Source: a virus
Lineage: Duplodnaviria; Caudoviricetes
DNA: 35,186 nt
Virus record (IMG/VR): IMGVR_UViG_3300025502_000078
Span: 1 to 35,186 of that record
Strand: one strand, 5' to 3'
Position 1 is the stretch's first letter. Every line of letters begins with the position of its first letter. Of the stretch, positions 9,220 through 16,416 are shown piece by piece. Below the pieces are notes generated by a model. The model did no database searches and had not been told where the DNA came from. It saw nothing but the letters and a program-made list of their open reading frames with translations. The position numbers were made by a program, and so were the translations under genes.

Positions 9220-10213
9220 GAAATAGATCAATCTGATCGCTAGTGTCTGTTCCGTAATTGCTCCACAACTTCCAAAAGTGTTCAATGTTATAATCTAAAA
9301 TTGGCTGACAGTCTCGTATAAATTGATCAAGATCTAAACTTAATAATCTTTTTATTTCCGCTACTATCCAAGTACCGCTGTCCATCCATCTATTCATGCC
9401 TGCAAAGTCTTCTCTAATAATACCATCAAATGTTTTAAAGCCTAATTCTTTTAATCGGTTGTAATGGTTTGCACTAGCTAGTGCTAAGAACGGGTGACCT
9501 GCTATAATAGGCTTCCAGGTTTTTTCAGATATTAAACTATATCTATGCAACACTGCACTTTCAGCAAACACTGAAAAATATGTGTCAGTGTACTGATTAA
9601 CTATTGCCGGGCCTGCCGCCCAGGTATCCCAATCAATTAAATCTTTACCAGTCTGTGGATCATACTCTTGAGGTAATTTATTTGCTAAAGGGGCACTAGC
9701 ATCATCCATATTTACATTTGACCACAATGCAGTATCAAGTAATCCTTGACCGTGCAAGTCTCTAATCAATCTAGATCTATGCTGTCTTTGTCTATTATTA
9801 AGAAATAAAAATGTATAAGAACGATCGTACTGACGTATCATAAGATGTTTGATGTCTTGATTAGCGTTACCAGTTAGCCACATCATATATTCAATGTTTA
9901 ATGAATTCATTTGATCTGGCATTTCTCCAGAGCATATAATACTAAACTTTTTATCTAATGCTAGCTTTAACAAACCGTCATTATCAAGGTGTCTAATAAG
10001 CGTGCTAGAGCCTTCTATGCAATTTTCTAACACAACATGTTCGCTAGTATTCTTAATATAATCTATGTGTGCGGAACTATCTTTACAGTAGGTAGCTACT
10101 GGTATTATTTTTATTGCGTCTTTGGGGAGGTTGGGTAGTTCTGCTGTTGAGTAATGATCAGCTCGAGAATAAAAGTCTTTGAGTTTACTGCTCTCGTGTA
10201 TGTAAATTTTCAT
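9194..10213 (-). CDS. Glycosyltransferase-like protein (GT10/fucosyltransferase-like C-terminal motif)
   Basis: FLNNRQRQHR...FAES...SEKTWKPIIAGHPF...LKELGFKTF; paralog of 16417..17400. Confidence 0.5.
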   Translation of the reverse strand: MKIYIHESSKLKDFYSRADHYSTAELPNLPKDAIKIIPVATYCKDSSAHIDYIKNTSEHVVLENCIEGSSTLIRHLDNDGLLKLALDKKFSIICSGEMPDQMNSLNIEYMMWLTGNANQDIKHLMIRQYDRSYTFLFLNNRQRQHRSRLIRDLHGQGLLDTALWSNVNMDDASAPLANKLPQEYDPQTGKDLIDWDTWAAGPAIVNQYTDTYFSVFAESAVLHRYSLISEKTWKPIIAGHPFLALASANHYNRLKELGFKTFDGIIREDFAGMNRWMDSGTWIVAEIKRLLSLDLDQFIRDCQPILDYNIEHFWKLWSNYGTDTSDQIDLFLTQLDEQV

Positions 10214-10772
10214 CTAGTAATTTCATATGTAATGTTACCAACACTGCGTAACTCACTGCATGCGACTTCTTAAAGAAGTATTGTTCGTCTGTTTTTGTCC
10301 ATATGTCTTTACATATATCTGCCCATGTCTTTCCTACTAGATGTCGCTTGCCTGGGCGTATAAGTGCTAGGACCATGGCCATGCGTGGTATTGTATCTAG
10401 TGCTAAATCACCTACTAGATCATAATGATTACCAATGTGTATTACTTGCTCAAAGAATGTTTTATCTTTTAATCTATGCCAAGGTGTTTCCTTTGCTAAC
10501 AGCTCGTTATAGTGTGCCTGATCTTTAATCAACTTGTAAACATTAACATTAAGGAAGTCAATCTTAAAGTAACCTCGTTCTTCAGCTGAATGGTAATCAA
10601 TTGATGCTGTGTCTGTCAATGGGTTATAAGGAATGTCCGTAACATACACTCCTGAGTTATGTTTACGCATGCCCTGATCATTATTCTGCATTGCAGAAGT
10701 GTGCTTAATTAATTTAAGTATATCATCGCGATCAGCGAAGTCAATATCAACGTCTGTATTAAATTTTACCAT
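10185..10772 (-). CDS. Miniature DNA polymerase III alpha (DnaE)-like protein, catalytic core motifs only
   Basis: DVDIDF, HNSGVYV, KIDFLN, LIRPG, FKKSHAVSYA in DnaE order within 195 aa. Confidence 0.8.
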   Translation of the reverse strand: MVKFNTDVDIDFADRDDILKLIKHTSAMQNNDQGMRKHNSGVYVTDIPYNPLTDTASIDYHSAEERGYFKIDFLNVNVYKLIKDQAHYNELLAKETPWHRLKDKTFFEQVIHIGNHYDLVGDLALDTIPRMAMVLALIRPGKRHLVGKTWADICKDIWTKTDEQYFFKKSHAVSYAVLVTLHMKLLDENLHTREQ

Positions 10773-11458
10773 CCTGCTTGTTTTAACATTTCCTTAACAT
10801 ATTCAGTATCACCTGGATAATCTTTTAATAATTTTGACCAACGGTCAGGATTAATAAATTCATAAACAATAGCTAACTGTTCTTGATTTAGGTTCTCTAA
10901 TAGGTCATGTCCTGTTGGGCAATTAAATATAATCCATCCTGTTACTCTGCCAGTAACTATATAATGACAAAGTTTGTTCGTATTTCCATATCTTAAAAAG
11001 TCTTCACTTGGTGAGTTAACTTCTTCTGCCCAATCCATTGATGTTTCTAATGCTCTGGTTAATGCGTCTGTGGCATTTTCTCTAAAGATATATTCCTTTA
11101 AGAATTCGTCATACATCTTGTCACTGCCCCAATAGTCTATACGTTTATTGTTTTTCAGCAACCATTCAGTAAATCTAACTGAATTAACAACACGAGAATT
11201 TACACAATAATTAGCAAACTTAATAAATGCTTTATAGTATGCTGATGTTGCAAAGGCATCAAACGTTTTTGTCTTTGCTGATCCTTGAGTAGTTTCATAA
11301 AACTTTAAGTAACTTTGAAATGCTGTTCGACTTGCCGGGTCATTCTTATGCTGAAAGCGTTTCCTTTGCTCGCAGACATGCACTGCTAGCGTAGTTTCTT
11401 TACGAAACTCACGATCACAATACTTACATTTAAAAGTCTGCTTTAATTCGCTTGTCAT
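10766..11458 (-). CDS. Hypothetical protein with N-terminal zinc finger
   Basis: FKCKYCDREFRKETTLAVHVC (C2H2/C2HC-like). Confidence 0.7.
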   Translation of the reverse strand: MTSELKQTFKCKYCDREFRKETTLAVHVCEQRKRFQHKNDPASRTAFQSYLKFYETTQGSAKTKTFDAFATSAYYKAFIKFANYCVNSRVVNSVRFTEWLLKNNKRIDYWGSDKMYDEFLKEYIFRENATDALTRALETSMDWAEEVNSPSEDFLRYGNTNKLCHYIVTGRVTGWIIFNCPTGHDLLENLNQEQLAIVYEFINPDRWSKLLKDYPGDTEYVKEMLKQAGW

Positions 11459-11906
11459 CCCATCCTAACTCTTTAACGTATTGTTTAATTTCTTTAACTG
11501 TGTTCATTTCTAAAAACATATCCATCTCGTCTGACTTCATGTTTGGAAACAATTCTGCTACTACTTTTCTTATTTTGTTAGTTGACTTACCTTCTTTCTT
11601 TTTGGCCGCAAGCCAATAGTGAAACTGTTTGCCCATGTTAGGACTAACTGCTGTACACATCAACCATTGTAGTTTTGTGTGCTTGTTTAAGTCAAAGAAG
11701 TACTTGTTTACAAACTTGTTAGTTGCCATTAAGTAATATGCTTGTAAGTCTTCAGCTCCGCCAACACTTGCACCATAACGTAACATCAGGTATGTTGAGA
11801 ACTGTTTCTTTTCTTCTTCAGTAAACTTGTTATAGTAGTCTCTGTCCTTACGATCAAAGGCCGCCATTTCATTACCAATGTATAAAGGTGAACTATTATT
11901 TGCCAT
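11430..11906 (-). CDS. Probable clamp-loader small subunit (T4 gp62-like)
   Basis: Size, helical pattern (FSTYLMLRY...LQWLM...FHYWL..KKK) and replication-cluster context; resemblance judged by eye. Confidence 0.45.
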   Translation of the reverse strand: MANNSSPLYIGNEMAAFDRKDRDYYNKFTEEEKKQFSTYLMLRYGASVGGAEDLQAYYLMATNKFVNKYFFDLNKHTKLQWLMCTAVSPNMGKQFHYWLAAKKKEGKSTNKIRKVVAELFPNMKSDEMDMFLEMNTVKEIKQYVKELGWDDKRIKADF

Positions 11907-12406
11907 TAGAATGATAAAGTGTAATTAACAATCTCACAGTTACGGCTTATGTCCTTAACAAAATAACAACATTTAGGAGTAGGCCCGTCCTCTAAAGGTA
12001 TTGCTAGTAACTGCCCATTTTTTAATTTTGGTGAGTACCACGAAACATCTTGATAGACATCTACAATTTCTATGTCTAAGAAACTTGGTCTAAAGTCTGT
12101 TAAACTATTAAACTGAAATGCCCTAAACCCTCGATCATTAATTGACGTTAGTGGTAATACTTCTAGATCACCCACATCTGGTTCACCAATTAATATTTGC
12201 CAATCTACAGGCATCTTAATAGTATGCTCACCTATCTTTAATACCAATGCTGGGCTATTAAAACTCTCTAAGAAGATTAACGGTATCCAATGATAATCTG
12301 GATTACTTGGATCACTGTTATCTAATATGCTAAAACGCATATCATCTATTTCGTCAGGCAGTGTGTCTAGATCGTACTTTGTGTTTTCTAATGTAAGTAT
12401 TTGCAT
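11906..12406 (-). CDS. Hypothetical beta-rich protein
   Basis: Start revised to ATG 12406 (MQILTLEN) because a consensus promoter occupies the longer ORF's first codons. Confidence 0.7.
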   Translation of the reverse strand: MQILTLENTKYDLDTLPDEIDDMRFSILDNSDPSNPDYHWIPLIFLESFNSPALVLKIGEHTIKMPVDWQILIGEPDVGDLEVLPLTSINDRGFRAFQFNSLTDFRPSFLDIEIVDVYQDVSWYSPKLKNGQLLAIPLEDGPTPKCCYFVKDISRNCEIVNYTLSF

Positions 12407-12415
12407 AGTACCCTT

Positions 12416-12444
12416 ATTATAAGTTGCTGTGGCGTGTTTGTCAA
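12416..12444 (-). promoter_or_regulatory. Perfect consensus sigma70 promoter
   Basis: TTGACA (12444-12439), 17 nt, TATAAT (12421-12416); ATG 9 nt downstream. Confidence 0.85.
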
Positions 12445-12447
12445 GAA

Positions 12448-13287
12448 CTATTTCCATTCTATTTTTTCAACTTCAAACGGATAGTTCGCTTCTCTATAGA
12501 ACTTCTTACGTTGTGTTAAATGTCGTTTGGCAAACTTACATGTTGATGTTATATCCCATATCTGCACAAAGTCTTTGTCTTCTGCTTTTCTAATTCCCCT
12601 ACCTATACTTTGTATGACTCTAACAAAGCTCTTGCCAGGTTCAACAAGAACAAGATTGAAAATACGAGGGATATTAATGCCCACAGCGGCAACGCCATAA
12701 GTGGCAATAATAACTTTACTGTCCATTGTTGCAATTTCGTCATACTCATCCTTTCGGTCTTTGGCTTTAGTAGCCCCTGATACAAACACTGCATCTTTAA
12801 TTAGTTCAGTTAGCGCCTGACCTGGAGCAATTCTATCCACTAGCACCAGAGTATTCCCACTTGCTCTAATCTTAGTAATTAGGTCAGCCATATACTTCAT
12901 ACGGTCTTTGGTCTCTAATAGATATTTAAGTTCATCCTGATACGAAGTATATTCTGCATGATCAACTAACTGCACTACATTTACATGACAGTTAGCAAGC
13001 ACTCCTTCCTGTTGTAATTCGTTTGCTGACAGTTTTCCGATAACATCGCCTATTGAACAACGTAAGCTCATACGTTCATATGCTTCTTTAGGTATCGTTC
13101 CAGTTAGTCCCCAACGAATTGGTACCTGAGACATAACTCCCGTTAACAAAGTTTTTAATGCATCTGCTTTGGCCATGTGGCAATTAGCTACCACAGCATC
13201 GTTTGCAATGTAATTATGATCTTCTTTAATGTGGAGATTATATGTTTCTTGAATTTTTTCTATCTCTTTTTTCCTAACAAGTTTCAT
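12448..13287 (-). CDS. uvsW: Split-intein C-fragment (35 aa) fused to the C-terminal part of UvsW helicase
   Basis: AGGA then ATG 13287; MKLVRKKEIEKIQETYNLHIKEDHNYIANDAVVAN/CHMAKAD; then SF2 motifs GLTGT, ATYGVAAVGINIP, QSIGRGIR. Confidence 0.92.
   Translation of the reverse strand: MKLVRKKEIEKIQETYNLHIKEDHNYIANDAVVANCHMAKADALKTLLTGVMSQVPIRWGLTGTIPKEAYERMSLRCSIGDVIGKLSANELQQEGVLANCHVNVVQLVDHAEYTSYQDELKYLLETKDRMKYMADLITKIRASGNTLVLVDRIAPGQALTELIKDAVFVSGATKAKDRKDEYDEIATMDSKVIIATYGVAAVGINIPRIFNLVLVEPGKSFVRVIQSIGRGIRKAEDKDFVQIWDITSTCKFAKRHLTQRKKFYREANYPFEVEKIEWK
13183..13287 (-). mobile_element. Split intein C-fragment (IntC)
   Basis: Block F TYNLHIKEDHNYIAN, terminal Asn (13185-13183), Cys+1 (13182-13180). 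Confidence 0.9.
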
Positions 13288-14188
13288 AAAGATTCCTAAT
13301 TTTTTCCTGCGTTTTTTTATCAAAATTATCAAAGTTATCTACCTTTGGTTTAGAAGTAAGATAGTCTTTATCTGCTAATACAAACTGATAATGATTTTCT
13401 TTGCACCATTGTGTAGCCGCTCTGATCTTTGCTTGTGTCCGTCTGTCACTAGTTAACTCTTTCGGTCTGACTTCTATTAAGGATTTAGTCTTATGATTTA
13501 TAAAATCTACAATGTAGATATGTTTTTGATTATTAAACATGTATGGTATTCTTAAGGATTCATATTCCGCATCGTTGTCAATGAATTGATATAACGCCTC
13601 CCAGGAACTTCTGTATTTCTTATCCTTATAATAAGAATCCCAATGGGTATTTCTATTATTTGAGTTTGGAGTAAATTCTCCTGAAAGAATTTTTTCTTTC
13701 ATTAGATTGCTTCTATGTTTCTTTTGATGGTCACTCATCTTTTTTCCAAACATTCCATTTTTCTCTCCACTATTAGCAATGCCAATCTTCTCTTTAGTTT
13801 CTTCTGAAACACTGTGAGAATAAGGATAATTTCCCTTAATTTTCATTCCCTTGTTCCAGGGAGTTCTTGTGTTTAGATTTTCTTTAATTTTATTGCCATG
13901 TTTAATCTGGCATTCTTTCCCCCCTCTGACAGATGTTGCACTTCTACATTCTTTTTCAGCAGTCATTTGATCTTGCTTGTTTGTTCCGTAAAGTTTGTCA
14001 AAATTTTCCTTCCAAACGTTGTTGCCGTTCATAACTCGTCTTTTACATCGTTGTATGACTCTTTGATCACTTAATGTCATTCTATTAGAAAATATAATTT
14101 CATTAACTGTAATTTTTTCTGCCTGTAGTGTTTGGTTATGATGTTTCAATAGTTTGTTAAATCTGTCTATATTAAATTGTTTTGGCAT
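13274..14188 (-). CDS. Free-standing putative homing endonuclease (NUMOD3-like DNA-binding motifs plus TnsA-like PD-(D/E)XK domain)
   Basis: AGGAG SD; PWNKG, HSVSEETKEKIG...GEKNGMFGKKMS; YRSSWE...YESLRIPY...YIVDF...IEVRP...K..AA..WC; lies between the intein halves. Confidence 0.8.
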   Translation of the reverse strand: MPKQFNIDRFNKLLKHHNQTLQAEKITVNEIIFSNRMTLSDQRVIQRCKRRVMNGNNVWKENFDKLYGTNKQDQMTAEKECRSATSVRGGKECQIKHGNKIKENLNTRTPWNKGMKIKGNYPYSHSVSEETKEKIGIANSGEKNGMFGKKMSDHQKKHRSNLMKEKILSGEFTPNSNNRNTHWDSYYKDKKYRSSWEALYQFIDNDAEYESLRIPYMFNNQKHIYIVDFINHKTKSLIEVRPKELTSDRRTQAKIRAATQWCKENHYQFVLADKDYLTSKPKVDNFDNFDKKTQEKIRNLYETC

Positions 14189-14201
14189 AATTACATCTCC
14201 T

Positions 14202-15227
14202 TTAGTTGTATGTATTTATGTTAATAATCTCTAAATTCTCTGTTAATTCATCTGCTCTTACCCACCCCTTATTTGTAAGGAACTTATGATTAGCAGTAAC
14301 TCTTGTTTTAATACCATTATCAAAATCTAACTCCAGCATTTTCTCACTTGCACTCTGAGTTAAATTTTTATGAATCTTAACAACTGTATCTTCTTTGTAT
14401 TGTTTTGATTTCTCGCAAAGATTTATAACTTTATCACCGGGCTTCAGATCTTTTATAGGTTTTTTACCGTTAGGTGTAGTTATAAGTGTATTACCGTCAA
14501 AACATTCATCTACCATAACACAGACAACATCTTGTAGGAACTCGTCAATTGTGATATCTACAGCATGTGCTTTTGATCCTTTAAGCAAAATGTTTAGACT
14601 TTGCCATGTACATATAGTATGTGTCTTTCCAAACTCTTTACGGTCGCCAAAGTACACACCAACATCTAATCCCATGTTGATGTAATCAGCTTCTGTTTGT
14701 GTAACTAAACTTTTGTTTGGTACTATAACTATTGTACGACCGTGCTGTTCACAACTATGACTTAGCACTGCTGTGATTAAGGTCTTACCAGCACCTGTTG
14801 CTATTTCTTGTAAGCATTGCGGATTAGCTAAAAACTTATTAACTATCTCAACTTGGTAGTCTCTAAGCATTATTGGTTGTCCTGCTATTGGATGTGTTGG
14901 ATCCCAGACTAAATGGCTGTAACTATCTTCTTTGACCTGAGTAAACTTAAACGTTCTTTCGTATTCCCTGTAATCTTCAAGATCGACCTCATAGTTATAT
15001 TGTTCAAGTACCGGTAATATCTCATCTAACAAATTAATATAGGTACTACCTCCTAGCTGAAAATACCCAACCTTTCCGTCCCATCTACCCAATCTAACTG
15101 CGGGCATGTATCGTGCACCAGGAACTTCAAACTTGAACATGTCAACTAGCTTCTTGCGGACATCCAGTTCAAGTCCTTCAATTTTTACGTTGACTTCATC
15201 TTTAATGTGTAATAATGCTTGCTTCAT
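14202..15227 (-). CDS. uvsW: N-terminal part of UvsW helicase fused to split-intein N-fragment (100 aa)
   Basis: GRWDGK, LRDYQ (Q motif), ATGAGKT (Walker A), IVPNKSLVTQ, TWQSL, VMVDE/CFDGNT; start revised to ATG 15227. Confidence 0.92.
   Translation of the reverse strand: MKQALLHIKDEVNVKIEGLELDVRKKLVDMFKFEVPGARYMPAVRLGRWDGKVGYFQLGGSTYINLLDEILPVLEQYNYEVDLEDYREYERTFKFTQVKEDSYSHLVWDPTHPIAGQPIMLRDYQVEIVNKFLANPQCLQEIATGAGKTLITAVLSHSCEQHGRTIVIVPNKSLVTQTEADYINMGLDVGVYFGDRKEFGKTHTICTWQSLNILLKGSKAHAVDITIDEFLQDVVCVMVDECFDGNTLITTPNGKKPIKDLKPGDKVINLCEKSKQYKEDTVVKIHKNLTQSASEKMLELDFDNGIKTRVTANHKFLTNKGWVRADELTENLEIININTYN
14205..14504 (-). mobile_element. Split intein N-fragment (IntN)
   Basis: Block A CFDGNTLITT..G.KPIKDLKPGDKV, block B RVTANHKFLT (TxxH), GWVRADEL, then TAA. 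Confidence 0.92.
14213..14219 (-). promoter_or_regulatory. Candidate late promoter (ATAAATA) inside the IntN 3' end, upstream of the endonuclease
   Basis: CATAAATACATACAACTAAAGGAGATGTAATTATG. Confidence 0.55.
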
Positions 15228-15234
15228 ATTATAT

Positions 15235-15263
15235 AGTATATATAAAAGGGGAAAGGGTGTCAA
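15235..15263 (-). promoter_or_regulatory. Sigma70-type promoter for uvsW-N
   Basis: TTGACA-17 nt-TATACT; ATG 7 nt downstream, no SD. Confidence 0.8.
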
Positions 15264-15278
15264 CCATCAACACCCTTT
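15252..15278 (-). terminator. Hairpin, probable terminator of the AAA+ gene, overlapping the uvsW -35 box
   Basis: AAAGGGTGT...ACACCCTTT inverted repeat followed by CCCCTTTT on the minus strand. Confidence 0.55.
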
Positions 15279-15298
15279 ATGAACACGAAACGAACAAA

Positions 15299-16105
15299 TT
15301 ATCTTCGCTTCATGCAGGTTGCTCTTGCTAGTTCTTGCCAATTTGTATTAGATACTTTTCTAAGATCGGCAATCTTAAGTGCCATACGTAAACTAAGTTC
15401 ATTTACCATAGTTGCATTGTCTTGTAAAAAGTTTAACATTTCTTCTTGCTCGTGACCATTAAAATCATAGTCTTGAAACAGAGCACCAGTACCTGCAATC
15501 TGTTTGATACGTAATAGTTTATCTCTTTCAGTATCAAGTGTAAGATCTAAGTAATGGCATCTAGATTGTATTGCTTCTAAATGATCTTGTAGTTTTTTAC
15601 TCTTAACATTTTCAAACTTTAAGTTAGTAATAAAAATAGCTGACCCTTCAAAGTTAAACGTATCAGGTACACCTTCATTACGTAACTTGTATGAATCAGT
15701 GTTCCAACAAATCTTTCTTGTTTTCTTTGAATCCAACGCCGCTTTAAGAATGTTTAATGATAACTCATCTTGTAGTATTGAGTCACAATCATCAAACACT
15801 AGTACATTGTCTTTTTCTTTGTAGTTGAATAGTTTACAGTATAAACCAATTGCACTCATAGCACCCTTAACAACATCATACTGTTTAGGCCTTGATGCAA
15901 CTTCTGTAAACATGCTGGCTTTTTCTAATTGTTTTTCAACACCATATGACTTACCAACCCCTGGAGGGCCTACAACGATCATTGCTCTTATATCACCACA
16001 AATTGCGGCTTTAGTCATGTCATCTAATATAGTAAAACGTTTGCCAATACGCTCAATGATTTGCTCATCTGTTTCTTGTTTGAATTTTATAGTTTTAGCT
16101 ACCAT
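15299..16105 (-). CDS. AAA+ ATPase (clamp-loader-clade-like SRC motif)
   Basis: GPPGVGKS, LVFDDCD, IFITN sensor 1, QSRCH; GGGG SD favours ATG 16105. Confidence 0.8.
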   Translation of the reverse strand: MVAKTIKFKQETDEQIIERIGKRFTILDDMTKAAICGDIRAMIVVGPPGVGKSYGVEKQLEKASMFTEVASRPKQYDVVKGAMSAIGLYCKLFNYKEKDNVLVFDDCDSILQDELSLNILKAALDSKKTRKICWNTDSYKLRNEGVPDTFNFEGSAIFITNLKFENVKSKKLQDHLEAIQSRCHYLDLTLDTERDKLLRIKQIAGTGALFQDYDFNGHEQEEMLNFLQDNATMVNELSLRMALKIADLRKVSNTNWQELARATCMKRR

Positions 16106-16149
16106 ATTCATTACCCCCGTAAATGATTAATTCCTAACTTTCAAATACT

Positions 16150-16178
16150 ATTATAGCAGTTTTGGATTTATTGGTCAA
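16150..16178 (-). promoter_or_regulatory. Sigma70-type promoter
   Basis: TTGACC-17 nt-TATAAT with extended TG. Confidence 0.75.
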
Positions 16179-16356
16179 CCGAATTTAATGCTAACGTTCT
16201 CATTGAATCGTATAATTGTTCAAGTTTATCATCTGGTAATGCAATACCTAACTCCTGTAGCTTCTGTTCAAACATTCCTGATGCGTCTAGGGCTAACTGA
16301 TCTATATCATCATATAAATCTGCATTGACTTTTTCTAAGTTATAATTATATGCCAT
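16168..16356 (-). CDS. Small acidic hypothetical protein (likely early)
   Basis: 62-aa ORF directly behind a near-consensus promoter. Confidence 0.7.
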   Translation of the reverse strand: MAYNYNLEKVNADLYDDIDQLALDASGMFEQKLQELGIALPDDKLEQLYDSMRTLALNSVDQ

Positions 16357-16362
16357 GTAAAC

Positions 16363-16391
16363 ATTATAACAAATTATAAATTATTAGTCAA
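16363..16391 (-). promoter_or_regulatory. Sigma70-type promoter, leaderless arrangement
   Basis: TTGACT-17 nt-TATAAT, then GTTTAC-ATG. Confidence 0.75.
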
Positions 16392-16405
16392 CCAAAATAT
16401 AGTAG

Positions 16406-16411
16406 TAAATA
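16406..16411 (+). promoter_or_regulatory. Late promoter core TAAATA, leaderless arrangement
   Basis: GTAAATACTCGT-ATG. Confidence 0.6.
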
Positions 16412-16416
16412 CTCGT

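Noticed and set aside
13183-14504. Group I intron, frameshifted pseudogene or single contiguous intein as the explanation of the uvsW interruption
   Set aside because: Both flanks have intact intein blocks, the endonuclease and IntC have their own SD+ATG, and there is almost no non-coding space for a ribozyme. A contiguous intein would need errors at both junctions.
12407-15263. ORF-track starts at 12457, 13332 and 15263
   Set aside because: Those extensions run through promoter boxes or the upstream gene; ATGs at 12406, 13287 and 15227 fit the signals better.
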